Positions 18,240-28,398 of a stretch of DNA of 64,000 nt are shown here, in pieces. The notes under the pieces are model-generated. The model was not told where the DNA came from. It saw only the letters and a list, made by a program, of their open reading frames with translations, and did not search any database. Position numbers and translations under genes: made by a program. Position 1 is the stretch's first letter. The number at the start of each line of letters is the position of its first letter. The stretch is from an uncultured Azospirillum sp. (lineage in GTDB: Bacteria > Pseudomonadota > Alphaproteobacteria > RF32 > CAG-239), in assembly GCA_902489795.1 (NCBI GenBank), contig CABUBU010000004.1, forward strand, positions 817 to 64,816, written 5' to 3'.

Positions 18240-18800
18240 TCACAGTTCCGGTGTTTTTTTATCCGCCGTTTCCCGCACCCGGGGTTTGCAACCGCAGTAA
18301 TCCTGGGCATAAAGCCCCAATTCGCGGATCAGTAGCTGCCGCCGCTCCTGCATGCCGCCCTTGCGCCCTTCAATTTCGACATACGGCACGCCGCATTCCG
18401 CCGAAGCCTTCTGCGCCGCACGGTTCACCTGCGCCAGATCCTTATAGCGGGAAACGCCCAACACGGACGCCACCGCGTCAAAACCGTTCTCCCTTGCATA
18501 TTCCATAACCCGCTTTAACCGCATGTAAAAGCACACGTCGCAGCGGCGGCCCCGTTCGGGTTCGTTTTCCAGCCCCTTTATCAGGTTGCGCCAACGTTCG
18601 TTGTCATATTCCAGTTCAATAAACGGAATTTTCCGCGCCACGCACAAACGCCGGTTTTCTTCTCTTCTTTTTTCATATTCGGCCGCCGGCACGATATTCG
18701 GATTATAAAACGCCACCGCAAAATCATACCCGTCCCGCGCCATTTTTTCGATCACCGCACAGCAACAGGGCGCACAGCAGGACAACAGCAATATTTTCAT
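18240..18800 (-). CDS. queH: epoxyqueuosine reductase QueH (DUF208)
   Basis: MKILLLSCCAPCCCAV start and CDVCFYMRL / YCGC cysteine motifs typical of QueH. ATG at 18800 within ORF 18240..18923. Confidence 0.75.
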   Translation of the reverse strand: MKILLLSCCAPCCCAVIEKMARDGYDFAVAFYNPNIVPAAEYEKRREENRRLCVARKIPFIELEYDNERWRNLIKGLENEPERGRRCDVCFYMRLKRVMEYARENGFDAVASVLGVSRYKDLAQVNRAAQKASAECGVPYVEIEGRKGGMQERRQLLIRELGLYAQDYCGCKPRVRETADKKTPEL

Positions 18801-18915
18801 TCTTTTACACCTTCCGCACCGTTTTTCGGTTTTATAGCACAAATTTCGCAAAATGCAACAAGCCCGGTCAGCATAATGCTGTCCGGGCCTGTTTGCAAAA
18901 CATCGGGTCAACGGC

Positions 18916-19512
18916 TCAGGCATTCCTCATCAGACTGCGGCGGTTAACCTCGTTCCATATTTCCAGCTCGTCGTTGACGTAAGCGCGGTAACTTTTCTTT
19001 CCGGCCACGTTTTTATAATCCCGGAAAGCCTTGTCACCCTTGAAAATGCAAATCGTCACGTTTTTCAAAAATCCCTGCGCCAGCGGGGCATAACTTTCGA
19101 TTGCCGAAAGCATCGCCTTGGCCGACCGGGTAAAACTCAGACTGCCGCTTTTGCCGGTTCCGAGAGCGGGCATAACGATCCTGTCAAGACCGTTTCTTTC
19201 GGCTTCGGCCAAAGCGGCAAAAGTCGAAAGCTGCACCACATTGAAAGCATCCGGCGCTGACACGCCCAAAAGGGAAACGTTAAGCATCTTGACACCGTCA
19301 CGGCCGTCGGTAACGAAAGAATAACCGAAAGGAAGCCGTCTCTGGCGGACAACAACGGCATAATCGCGAATACCGCAAAAATGACCGTTCTGACTTAAAA
19401 TACCGGACACTCCGGTCAACGACATTTTATCGGCAAATTGAGGAACGACAAAACCCTTTGCCTCCACACTCAAAACATTGCCTTGCACGATTTCTACAGA
19501 AATTTTTTTCAT
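18916..19512 (-). CDS. macro-domain-like protein
   Basis: IVQGNVLSVEAKGFVVPQ and MPALGTGKSGSLSF resemble macro-domain motifs (G-D-I-t...vdaIVNaAN; P-A-I-s-T-G-x-x-G). ATG at 19512. Confidence 0.45.
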   Translation of the reverse strand: MKKISVEIVQGNVLSVEAKGFVVPQFADKMSLTGVSGILSQNGHFCGIRDYAVVVRQRRLPFGYSFVTDGRDGVKMLNVSLLGVSAPDAFNVVQLSTFAALAEAERNGLDRIVMPALGTGKSGSLSFTRSAKAMLSAIESYAPLAQGFLKNVTICIFKGDKAFRDYKNVAGKKSYRAYVNDELEIWNEVNRRSLMRNA

Positions 19513-19715
19513 ATTCCCAATGATTAAATTAATAATTTTAAAACACTTTAATATACCCAAATGCGGCAATTTTGTCAATTTGATTTTACTCAACACGGCG
19601 AACAAACCGCCGGCCAGTTTTCCGCATTTTTTTACATTCCGGCAAAAAAATCTTGATTCCGCCAAATTTAACGGACATAATCAGACAGATAAATGCCAAC
19701 GATCAGGAACAACAA

Positions 19716-20786
19716 ATGAAAATTTTAGTCGGATTGAGCGGCGGTGTAGATTCCGCAGCAACAGCCTATCTTTTGAAACGTGACGGTCACGATGTGATTG
19801 GCGCCACCATGTCCATCTGGGACAAAAACACCAACTTCCGCGGCAGTGCTTCAGCCGATTCCTGCTTCAGCCCGCATGAGGAAAAGGATGTGGAATCCGC
19901 CCGCAAAATCTGCCGCGAACTCGACATTCCCTATTATGTTTTCGACTGCGCGGAAGAATACAAACGGATCGTGCTGCACAATTTTAAACAGGAGTACACC
20001 GCCGGCCGCACGCCCAACCCCTGCGTGTGGTGCAACGCCGTTGTTAAATTCGAAGCGCTGCCGGCAGCCGCCCGCAAAGCCGGCCTTGACTTTGACAAAT
20101 TCGCCACCGGCCACTATGCCCGTCTCGATTTTGACGACAGTGCCAGCCGTTGGCATCTCCGCCGCGGCATTGATCCGAAAAAAGACCAGTCCTATTTTCT
20201 TTACCGTCTTTCTCAACAACAGCTTGGCCGCATTCTGCTGCCGCTCGGCGGTTATCAAAAGGCCGAAGTGCGGGAATTTGCCCGGCTGGCCGGGTTGGAA
20301 GTCTGCGACAAGCCGGACAGTCAGGACTTTTACAACGGCGACATCAACGATATTTTGCAAAAAGAACCGGAACCGGGAAACTTTGTCGACAAAGAGGGAA
20401 AAGTTCTCGGCCGCCATCAGGGAATCTGGAACTATACCATCGGCCAGCGCCGCGGCATGGGCATTTCTTCCGAACGACCGCTTTACGTCATCGGCATCAA
20501 TCCCGAACGGCGGGAAGTGATGCTCGGACACGACAGCGACACGCTTCGTGCTTCTCTCACTTGCGAAAACCTGAGCTGGCTTTCAATCCCCGGTATTGAG
20601 CGGCCACGGCCGGTAACGGTCAAAATCCGTTCGTCACAAACACCAGTCGCCGCATTGCTGTCGATGATCGGCGAAGACAAGGCAGAAATCCGCTTCGACG
20701 ATATGCAGAAAGCGGTAGCACCCGGACAAAGCGCCGTATTTTACGACGGCGACACGGTTCTCGGCGGCGGCATCATCTGCCGCTGA
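19716..20786 (+). CDS. mnmA: tRNA 2-thiouridine(34) synthase MnmA
   Basis: PP-loop MKILVGLSGGVDSAATAYLLK, NPCVWCN, ATGHYAR, KDQSYFL motifs. Confidence 0.9.
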   Translation: MKILVGLSGGVDSAATAYLLKRDGHDVIGATMSIWDKNTNFRGSASADSCFSPHEEKDVESARKICRELDIPYYVFDCAEEYKRIVLHNFKQEYTAGRTPNPCVWCNAVVKFEALPAAARKAGLDFDKFATGHYARLDFDDSASRWHLRRGIDPKKDQSYFLYRLSQQQLGRILLPLGGYQKAEVREFARLAGLEVCDKPDSQDFYNGDINDILQKEPEPGNFVDKEGKVLGRHQGIWNYTIGQRRGMGISSERPLYVIGINPERREVMLGHDSDTLRASLTCENLSWLSIPGIERPRPVTVKIRSSQTPVAALLSMIGEDKAEIRFDDMQKAVAPGQSAVFYDGDTVLGGGIICR

Positions 20787-22326
20787 AAGCTTCCTTGAAA
20801 TCGTCAATATCCGGCAGCTGCGGCAGCAGTTTGTAATCTCCCTGGCCGTTATAATACACATAAAGCGGTATGCTGCTGCGGCCGAAAGCCGCCAGCGCCC
20901 GGGAAATTTCCGGACTGCGGTTAGTCCAGTCTGCTTTGAACAGACGCACCTTATGCTTTTTGACCAAGCGGGCAAAATCCTGCCCCGAAAACACCGACTT
21001 TTCGTTGACCAGACAGGTGATACACCATTTGGCGGTAAAATTGAGCAAAACCTTTTCACCGCTTTCAAGCGCGGCTTCCACTTTTTCCGGCCGGTAAGGT
21101 TCCCATGCCGACGGCACCGTTTCCGCCCCGCTCCACAATACCCACAGCAGCCAGCCGCAGGTTGCAAGCATCGGCAGGGCAAACAGTTTTTTTACCGTTT
21201 CCATCCAGCGTCCCGGCCGCGGCAAAATCTTCTTCAGCGCCGCTGGATAAATGCCCGCCAGAAAGAACGGCAGTGCATAGCCGACACCCAGCATCAGAAA
21301 TACCGGATAGTAAAAATAAGCCGGTCGGTCGGTCGTCAGTGCCCAGCCGACGGCAGCGCCCATAAACGGCGCCGTGCAGGGACTGGCGATTAAAACAGCC
21401 AGAAGCCCGGTCATAAACGAACCGGCGGGAAGATATTTCAAACTCCAGTTGATTTTGATGACATTTAAGAACATCAGCGCCAGAAGCAGAAACAGCAGTG
21501 CCATCGCAGCGACGAAATAAGGCGACTGCAGCTGAAAGCCCCAGCCGATTTCCGCCCCCCGGTACCGCAACCAGGAAAGCAGCGCTGCGGTCAGGACAAA
21601 GCAGGAAAGAACGCCGCCCGCATATTGAAAAGCCTCGACGACATTGCGGCGGCGTTCCTTTTCTCCGGTTACCGACATAATTTTGATAAACAAAATCGGA
21701 AAAACACAGGGCATAAAGTTAAGAACGATTCCTCCGGCAAACGCCAGCAGCAGAATTTCCAGCCAGCCGCCGGATGACTGCGCCTTTTCCGCCCCGGCAT
21801 AGGGCGAACGACCGGCGGAATTTTTGCCCGGCAGGGACGAAACTGCAAACAGGCCGGGAACGTTTTTCGCCGGCGTCGCGGCAAAAACTTCCGGCGTCAG
21901 CTTAAAGGCCAGACTTTCCGGCACACATTCCCCGTTGCAGGCCATCCAGGAAATTTCCAGATCCGGCATTTCGCCCGCCGCCTTGTCCAGCACCGCGGAA
22001 TACGCGGCCGGCCGGCGGTAGACGTTCAACCCGTAACCTTCGTAAATGATGTCTTCGCCTTCGCTCCACTCTTCGGCCACCAGGCGATGGTCATGAAGCC
22101 GCCATTCGACTTTGGTCGGCAAACCGACTTCGCCGGGATTGTGCGAATATATCTGCCAGCCGTTCTGCGGTTCAATTTTCAGCTTCACCCGGATCTGCCC
22201 GCCGTCCTCAACCGCGGAAACCTCGACCGCGTTACGCGGCGTCTGTTTGCGCACCGCCGCGTCGGCACCGGCGGCGGCAAGCGTCAGAACAAGCGGCAGC
22301 AGACAGCGCAGAAAAACTTTTTTCAT
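20773..22326 (-). CDS. DsbD-family thiol:disulfide interchange protein (N-terminal domain + TM core + thioredoxin domain)
   Basis: Signal peptide, TM core with FMPCVFPIL and ASPCTAPF motifs, C-terminal thioredoxin CxxC (AKWCITCLVNE). Confidence 0.8.
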   Translation of the reverse strand: MKKVFLRCLLPLVLTLAAAGADAAVRKQTPRNAVEVSAVEDGGQIRVKLKIEPQNGWQIYSHNPGEVGLPTKVEWRLHDHRLVAEEWSEGEDIIYEGYGLNVYRRPAAYSAVLDKAAGEMPDLEISWMACNGECVPESLAFKLTPEVFAATPAKNVPGLFAVSSLPGKNSAGRSPYAGAEKAQSSGGWLEILLLAFAGGIVLNFMPCVFPILFIKIMSVTGEKERRRNVVEAFQYAGGVLSCFVLTAALLSWLRYRGAEIGWGFQLQSPYFVAAMALLFLLLALMFLNVIKINWSLKYLPAGSFMTGLLAVLIASPCTAPFMGAAVGWALTTDRPAYFYYPVFLMLGVGYALPFFLAGIYPAALKKILPRPGRWMETVKKLFALPMLATCGWLLWVLWSGAETVPSAWEPYRPEKVEAALESGEKVLLNFTAKWCITCLVNEKSVFSGQDFARLVKKHKVRLFKADWTNRSPEISRALAAFGRSSIPLYVYYNGQGDYKLLPQLPDIDDFKEAFSGR

Positions 22327-23043
22327 TTACTTTCCTTTGCGGAAGGGAACGATCACAAAATTGTAATAAGCGGCAACGATCATGCTGAAAGCCTTGATCA
22401 GCGACAATACGCCGAGCAGAATCGCCATCACCGGAAACCAGCCGGGAAACAGACAGAGAATCATCAGCGCGATCAGCGTTTCCGACCCCTGAGCCAGACC
22501 GCCGAGATAAAAAGGCGAATGGTCAAGGTTAAGCTGCCGGTCGGCATGGTTTTTGTAGGCAACCACCGAATAGGCCAGCATCGCGCAGCCGGCAGCGGCA
22601 AAACCGAACAGCATGCAGGCCGCGGCCAGGCCGTTTTCGGCCGGGTCGGCAAGGGCAAAGGCAAAAATGACGCCGCCGTAGAAAATATAGTCAAGCGTCG
22701 CATCGAGGAAAACGCCGAAATCGGTTACTTTGGTCGACCGGGCAATAGCACCGTCCAAACCGTCGCAAAAGCGGTTCAGCAAAATGGCAAGCAAAGCCCA
22801 CCCGTACATTTCCATAGCAATAAAATTGACAGCAAACACACCGATGACAAATCCGCTCCAACTGACCGCGTTGGCCGAAATGCCGATCTGTCCGAGATAA
22901 GTTCCGGCCACGTTGATTTTGTTGTAAGCCTTGGCATATATTTTGCGCGACAGCGCCGTAATGTAGGCGCATTGCTCTTTAATCCGCAGGTTGCGCCAGA
23001 AGTCTTTTACTTTTTGCTTGAGAATTCGGAAATATTCTTTCAT
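22327..23043 (-). CDS. CDP-alcohol phosphatidyltransferase family protein
   Basis: DGLDGAIAR...G...D...D motif (NRFCDGLDGAIARSTKVTDFGVFLDATLDYIFY). ATG at 23043. Confidence 0.7.
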   Translation of the reverse strand: MKEYFRILKQKVKDFWRNLRIKEQCAYITALSRKIYAKAYNKINVAGTYLGQIGISANAVSWSGFVIGVFAVNFIAMEMYGWALLAILLNRFCDGLDGAIARSTKVTDFGVFLDATLDYIFYGGVIFAFALADPAENGLAAACMLFGFAAAGCAMLAYSVVAYKNHADRQLNLDHSPFYLGGLAQGSETLIALMILCLFPGWFPVMAILLGVLSLIKAFSMIVAAYYNFVIVPFRKGK

Positions 23044-23130
23044 AATGAATTGCCTTTCATAAAAAACGACTATTTTATTGATAAGATAACACAAAATAAT
23101 AAAATTTTTACTAATTCCGGACCCGAAAAC

Positions 23131-24147
23131 ATGCGCCTTTTAAAATATATTCTCATTTTTATCATCGTTGCCGCCTGCATTTTCCGGCTGTGGCAGGAAC
23201 GCCCGTCCTACGAAACGATTTCCGGCCGGACCATGGGCACCTACTACGGCATCAAAATCAAAAACTCTCCCGCTGCCGCCGACCTCGCCGCGGAAATAGA
23301 AAAAACGCTGACCGAAGTCAATGCGGAAATGTCTGTTTTCGACCCGGATTCGGAACTGTCAAAAATCAACGCCGCCCCCGCGGAACAATGGCTGGAACTT
23401 TCCGAACCGATGCGAAAGGTGATGAAAAAGGCCCATGAAATATACCGCCTGAGCGGCGGCGCTTTCGATCCCACCGTCGGCCGGCTGATCGACCTTTGGG
23501 GATTCGGCGTCAAAAAAGAAAAAAAACGTCCCGACGACAAAGAAATACGGGCATTGCTGGCGGTTTCGGGGTTTGACAAGATCCGCTTCGGCCAAGATTA
23601 TCAAAAACTGAAAAAAGACAACGGCGAAGTCACGCTTAACCTTTCGGCCATTGCCAAAGGCTACGGCGTCGACCGCGTGGCGGAAAAACTGGAAGAACTC
23701 GGCATTCGCGACTACGTGGTCGAAATCGGCGGCGAAGTGCGGGCAGCCGGCCGCAAATCGGAAGACGTTGACGGCTGGAACATCGGCATCGTCAAACCGG
23801 AAGGACATTATACCGAAAACGCCTACGTCATTACCGTCAAAAACCACGCCGTCGCCACTTCCGGCGACTATCGCAACTTTTATTACGACGGCAGCAGGAA
23901 ATTTTCCCACACCATCTCGCCCCAAACCGGCTATCCGGTTGAAAACGATCTGGCGTCCGTCACCGTATTTCACGCCGACTGCATGACTGCCGACGCTCTG
24001 GCCACCGCCCTAACAGCCATGGGCGAAAAAGAAGCCCTCGCTTTTGCCGAAGAAAACGACCTGGCCGTTATTCTGTTCGTCCGCGGCGGCAGCGGCATCG
24101 TTCCGCAGTTTTCGTCAGAAGCCAAAAAAATGACGGGAGAAAAATAA
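23131..24147 (+). CDS. apbE: FAD:protein FMN transferase ApbE
   Basis: GRTMGTYY, FDPTVGRLIDLWGFG, NLSAIAKGYGVD, VEIGGEV, ATSGDY, HTISPQTGYP motifs. Only the C-terminal third of ORF 22087..24147 is coding. Confidence 0.8.
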   Translation: MRLLKYILIFIIVAACIFRLWQERPSYETISGRTMGTYYGIKIKNSPAAADLAAEIEKTLTEVNAEMSVFDPDSELSKINAAPAEQWLELSEPMRKVMKKAHEIYRLSGGAFDPTVGRLIDLWGFGVKKEKKRPDDKEIRALLAVSGFDKIRFGQDYQKLKKDNGEVTLNLSAIAKGYGVDRVAEKLEELGIRDYVVEIGGEVRAAGRKSEDVDGWNIGIVKPEGHYTENAYVITVKNHAVATSGDYRNFYYDGSRKFSHTISPQTGYPVENDLASVTVFHADCMTADALATALTAMGEKEALAFAEENDLAVILFVRGGSGIVPQFSSEAKKMTGEK

Positions 24148-24148
24148 A

Positions 24149-24556
24149 ATGGAAACCCACGAACGCGCCGGCATCATAACCGCCGTCGGCAAACACACGG
24201 TCACGGTAACCTTCAAACGATCGGAAGCCTGCGGCGGCTGCGCCGTCAGAAACTTCTGCCACGCCGGAAACGACGGCGAAAACAAGGTAGAAATCAAAGT
24301 TGCGGACGCTTCGTCCTATCGTGTCGGCGAACGGGTCACACTGACGATCAGCGAAAAAAGCGCCGTCTATGCAGCTTTCATCGCCTATGCACTGCCGCTT
24401 GTCCTCACGCTTGCCGGCCTGTTCATTCCGCTTGCCGCCGGCGCCGGGGAAGACACCGCCGCATTTTCCGCGCTGGCGGCGCCCGCTCTTTATTACCTGC
24501 TGCTGTTTTTCTTCCGCCGACATATCGGGGCAAAAACAGAAATTAAATTGCGATAA
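24149..24556 (+). CDS. RseC/MucC-family protein (SoxR-reducing system/Rnf-associated)
   Basis: AGIITAVGKHTVTVTFKRSEACGGCAVRNFC followed by two TM helices. Position directly upstream of rnfB. Confidence 0.7.
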   Translation: METHERAGIITAVGKHTVTVTFKRSEACGGCAVRNFCHAGNDGENKVEIKVADASSYRVGERVTLTISEKSAVYAAFIAYALPLVLTLAGLFIPLAAGAGEDTAAFSALAAPALYYLLLFFFRRHIGAKTEIKLR

Positions 24557-24634
24557 GTGCAAAAAAAGATTTTGCATCCCCTGAATTTATGTTATGTATA
24601 AACGCATAATTTATAAATTCTCAAGAGAGTTGCC

Positions 24635-25489
24635 ATGAGCGAACTAATTATAGCCAACATTGTCGTTTTGTCGCTGATTGCCCTGGCGGCGGCGCTGGTC
24701 CTTTACTTTGCCGCGCAGAAATTCAAGGTTGCCGGCAATCCGCTGGCCGACAAAATCGCCGCACTTTTGCCGCAGGCCAACTGCGGCGCCTGCGGCAAAG
24801 CCGGCTGTCAGGATTTTGCCAACGCCTGCGTCAATGCCGACGCGGAAGCCTTTGCCCACCTGTACTGCCCGGTCGGCGGCAGCAAAGTCATGAACGAAGT
24901 AGCCAAACGGCTCGGCTATTCCACGCCGGAGCACGAACCGACGGTAGCGGTGCTGCATTGCAACGGCACCTGCGAAAACGCTCCCGACAAAGTAGAATAC
25001 ATCGGCCTGCAAAGCTGTCGGCTGGCCAACCGCGCCTTCGTCGGCAAAACCGGCTGCCCGAACGGCTGTCTCCGGCTCGGCGACTGCGTCCGCAACTGTC
25101 CTTTCGGCGCCATCGAAATGGACGATCAGACCGGCCTGCCCAGAGTCAACCCCGACAAATGCACTTCCTGCGGCGCCTGCGTCCGTATCTGCCCGCGCGG
25201 ACTGTACGAAATCCGCCCCCGCGGAAAAAACGGGGTAATGGTTTATGTGGCCTGCAGCAACAAACAAAAAGGCGCAACCGCCCGCAAAAACTGCAAAGCC
25301 GCCTGCATTGCCTGCATGAAATGCACCAAAATCTGCCCGGAAGTCACCGTTGAAGAAAACCTTTCTCGCATTCCGCCTTCGGTTTCGGCCAAGCTTTACG
25401 GTGCGGAACTGGCGGCCGGCTGTCCGACTGGCGCCATCGTCTATACCGGAGCCAAAGGAGGCAAAGGAGGCAAAAATGAGCAAAATTAA
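24635..25489 (+). CDS. rnfB: Rnf complex subunit B (polyferredoxin)
   Basis: N-terminal TM, CGACGKAGC motif, several CxxCxxCxxxCP 4Fe-4S motifs. Confidence 0.85.
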   Translation: MSELIIANIVVLSLIALAAALVLYFAAQKFKVAGNPLADKIAALLPQANCGACGKAGCQDFANACVNADAEAFAHLYCPVGGSKVMNEVAKRLGYSTPEHEPTVAVLHCNGTCENAPDKVEYIGLQSCRLANRAFVGKTGCPNGCLRLGDCVRNCPFGAIEMDDQTGLPRVNPDKCTSCGACVRICPRGLYEIRPRGKNGVMVYVACSNKQKGATARKNCKAACIACMKCTKICPEVTVEENLSRIPPSVSAKLYGAELAAGCPTGAIVYTGAKGGKGGKNEQN

Positions 25490-26795
25490 AACTTTTTCCG
25501 TCGGCGGCATTCATCCCGATAAGTTTAAGAACACCTCATATCTCCCGATCGAAGACGCCGGCATCCCCGAAACCGTATATGTACCGGTCAAGCAGCATAT
25601 CGGCGCACCGGCCAAAATTCTGGTCAAGAAAGGCGACCGGGTCAAAGTCGGCACCATGATTGCCGATGCCGACGGCATCGTTTCCGCCGACGTACACTCT
25701 CCCGTTTCCGGCGAAGTGATCAAAGTGGAAGAGGTAACCGGCGAAGTCGGTTATCTGGAAAAAATGATCACCATCAGGACCGAAGGCGACGAATGGGAAG
25801 AAACGATCGACCGCACCCCCGATCTGGTCAAGGACATCACCGCTTCGCCGGAAGAAATCGTCAGCATTATCCGCAACGCCGGCATTGTCGGCATGGGCGG
25901 CGCCGGTTATCCGACCCCAATCAAAGTTACCCTGCCGGCCGGCAAAAAAATCGATTGTATTATCCTAAACGGCATCGAATGCGAACCCTATCTGACCGCC
26001 GACGACCGCCTGATGCAGGAAAAGGCGGAACAGATCATCATCGGCGCCAAAATCTTAAACCGGGCGCTCGGCATCCAGAAAGCGGTAATCGCCATTGATG
26101 AAAACAAACCGGCGGCAATCGAAGTCATGCACAGGCTCACCCGCCGCTATGTCGGCGTCAACGTCGTCGTCTGCAAAACCAAATATCCGCAGGGCGCGGA
26201 GCGGCAGCTGATCGCCGCCGTCACCGGACGCGAAGTACCCCCCGGCTGCCTGCCGATCGACGTCAACTGTCTGGTGCAAAACGTCGGCACCGTTCATGCC
26301 GTATACGAGGCCGTACAAAAAAGAAAGCCGCTGTTTGAGCGCATTGTCACCGTCAGCGGTGACGATTTGCAAAGCCCCGGCAACTACCGCGTGCGTATCG
26401 GCACGCCGGCCTCCTATCTGATTGAAAAGGCCGGTCCGCTGGAAACGCCGGGCAAAATCATCTTCGGCGGACCGATGATGGGCGTAGCCGCCACCAACCT
26501 GTCGGCGCCGATAACCAAAACCACCTCGGGCATTCTGCTGTTAAAGGAAGGTTCCGTCTTCAATCCCGAACAAACCGCCTGCATCCGCTGCGGGCGCTGC
26601 ACGGAAGTCTGCCCGCAGGGGCTGGAGCCTTTTGCCATCACCGGTTTTGTCCGCCGGGGCGAATATCAGGAAGCCAAGAAAATTCACGTTCTCGACTGCA
26701 TCGAATGCGGCAGCTGTTCCTACATCTGCCCGGCCCGGATTCCGCTGACCGACTACTGCAAACTGGCAAAATACGAAATACGCAAAAAGAAATAG
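25476..26795 (+). CDS. rnfC: Rnf complex subunit C
   Basis: GIVGMGGAGYPT NADH/FMN motif, NGIECEPYLTADDRLM, two C-terminal 4Fe-4S motifs (CIRCGRCTEVCP, CIECGSCSYICP). ATG at 25476 overlaps the rnfB end. Confidence 0.9.
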   Translation: MSKIKTFSVGGIHPDKFKNTSYLPIEDAGIPETVYVPVKQHIGAPAKILVKKGDRVKVGTMIADADGIVSADVHSPVSGEVIKVEEVTGEVGYLEKMITIRTEGDEWEETIDRTPDLVKDITASPEEIVSIIRNAGIVGMGGAGYPTPIKVTLPAGKKIDCIILNGIECEPYLTADDRLMQEKAEQIIIGAKILNRALGIQKAVIAIDENKPAAIEVMHRLTRRYVGVNVVVCKTKYPQGAERQLIAAVTGREVPPGCLPIDVNCLVQNVGTVHAVYEAVQKRKPLFERIVTVSGDDLQSPGNYRVRIGTPASYLIEKAGPLETPGKIIFGGPMMGVAATNLSAPITKTTSGILLLKEGSVFNPEQTACIRCGRCTEVCPQGLEPFAITGFVRRGEYQEAKKIHVLDCIECGSCSYICPARIPLTDYCKLAKYEIRKKK

Positions 26796-26808
26796 GACTT
26801 TGACCGAC

Positions 26809-27801
26809 ATGCTGAAAATTTCCACCGCTCCGCATTTTTATTCTCCTGTCGACACCCGCTCGATCATGCGCGACGTTATTATCGCGCTTGCACCGGCCGG
26901 GCTTGCCGCCGTCGCCCTGTTCGGCATGGCGGCGCTTATCACCATGGTGACCGCTGTGGCCGGCTGCGTGTTGTTTGAATACGTCTGCTCAAAATGGTGG
27001 CTGAAAACAACGCCGTCCACCCGCGACCTTTCGGCCGTGGTTACCGGTCTGCTGCTTGCCTACAACCTGCCCTGCAACATGCCGGTCTGGATGACGCTGA
27101 TCGGCTGTTTTGTTGCCATCGTCATAACCAAAACAGCATTTGGCGGCATCGGCAAAAACCTTTTTAACCCGGCGCTTGTCGGCCGCGTTTTCCTTTTCAT
27201 CTCTTTCCCCGTACAAATGACGACCTGGGTACGGCCGCATCTGTTTGACTTCATGAACGCCGACGTTACCACTTCGGCCACCACGCTCGGCATTCTCAAA
27301 CATGTTGACGCTGCCACTTCCGCCACACAACTGACCGGCAGTTTGAGCGAGCTGCCCGGTTATCTGGAAATGTTTCTGGGCTACACCGGCGGTTCGATGG
27401 GAGAAGTTTCGGCTCTGGCGCTGCTTATCGGTTTTCTTTACCTTTTATACCGAAAAGTCATTTCCTGGCATATTCCGCTTTACTATCTCGGTACCTTTTT
27501 CATCCTCACCGGCATCTGCTGGCTGACTACCGGTTCACCGGCAGCCGAACCGGTAACGCACTTGCTGTCGGGCGGACTTCTGCTCGGTGCCTTTTTCATG
27601 GCAACAGACTATACCACCTCGCCGATGAGCAAAAACGGCCGCATCGTCTTTGCCGTCGGCTGCGGCGTGCTCACCTTTGTCATCCGCCGTTACAGTTCCT
27701 ATCCGGAAGGCGTTTCCTTTGCCATTCTGATCATGAACGCCTTCGTACCGCTGATTGACCGCTACGTCCACCCGCGCATTTTCGGAACCGGGAGAAAATA
27801 A
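26809..27801 (+). CDS. rnfD: Rnf complex subunit D
   Basis: MLKISTAPH start, polytopic, FFMATDYTTSP flavinylation-region motif. A TTG at 26800 is an alternative start. Confidence 0.85.
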   Translation: MLKISTAPHFYSPVDTRSIMRDVIIALAPAGLAAVALFGMAALITMVTAVAGCVLFEYVCSKWWLKTTPSTRDLSAVVTGLLLAYNLPCNMPVWMTLIGCFVAIVITKTAFGGIGKNLFNPALVGRVFLFISFPVQMTTWVRPHLFDFMNADVTTSATTLGILKHVDAATSATQLTGSLSELPGYLEMFLGYTGGSMGEVSALALLIGFLYLLYRKVISWHIPLYYLGTFFILTGICWLTTGSPAAEPVTHLLSGGLLLGAFFMATDYTTSPMSKNGRIVFAVGCGVLTFVIRRYSSYPEGVSFAILIMNAFVPLIDRYVHPRIFGTGRK

Positions 27802-28398
27802 ATGAAACCGATAAAATCAACTTTGTTCAACATGATTGCCGCCCTGCTTGCGGTCGCCGTGCTGTCGGCCGCCGCCCTCGGATATGTATATCAAATCACC
27901 AAGGAGCCGATCGCCCGGGCCAAAGACCAAAAAACGCTTGACGCCATCCGCGAAGTGGTCGGAACTTTCGACAACAATCCGTTTGCCGAAAAAACAACCA
28001 TCGCCACCCCCGACGGAAAATCCGAACTTGAACTTTATCCGGCACGGGAAAACGGCATCATTACTTCGGTTGCGATCAAAACTTTCTCTGACAATGGTTT
28101 TGGCGGCAGAATTGAATTGATCATCGGTATGCTGATGGACGGCACCGTTACCGGTTACAAAGTCATTGAGCAAAAAGAAACACCGGGACTTGGCACCAAA
28201 ATTGCGGAAAGCAGATTCGCCGACCAGTTTATCGGTCTCAACTCTTACCACAACCAATTCAAACTAAAGAAAGACGGTGGGGAAATCGACGCCGTCACCG
28301 GTGCCACCATCAGCTCACGAGCGGTGATCGACGCGGTGGAAAAAGCGGTTTCAACATACAGAAAATTCAATGCGGGAGCAACAGGTCATGAAAAATAA
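27802..28398 (+). CDS. rnfG: Rnf complex subunit G
   Basis: N-terminal TM and FMN-attachment motif DAVTGATISSRAV. Confidence 0.85.
   Translation: MKPIKSTLFNMIAALLAVAVLSAAALGYVYQITKEPIARAKDQKTLDAIREVVGTFDNNPFAEKTTIATPDGKSELELYPARENGIITSVAIKTFSDNGFGGRIELIIGMLMDGTVTGYKVIEQKETPGLGTKIAESRFADQFIGLNSYHNQFKLKKDGGEIDAVTGATISSRAVIDAVEKAVSTYRKFNAGATGHEK

Noticed and set aside
17509-18243. 244-aa minus-strand ORF mirroring the 226-aa plus-strand ORF
   Set aside because: Only one can be real. The minus-strand product has shadow-type composition, whereas the plus-strand product looks like a normal soluble protein. Neither has a recognisable family, so this remains a judgement call.
22087-23130. N-terminal two-thirds of the 686-aa plus-strand ORF 22087..24147
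   Set aside because: It lies antisense to the well-supported dsbD-like and CDP-alcohol phosphatidyltransferase genes and has shadow-type composition (R/Q/G/H-rich, no motifs). Only the part from the ATG at 23131 (ApbE) is credible.
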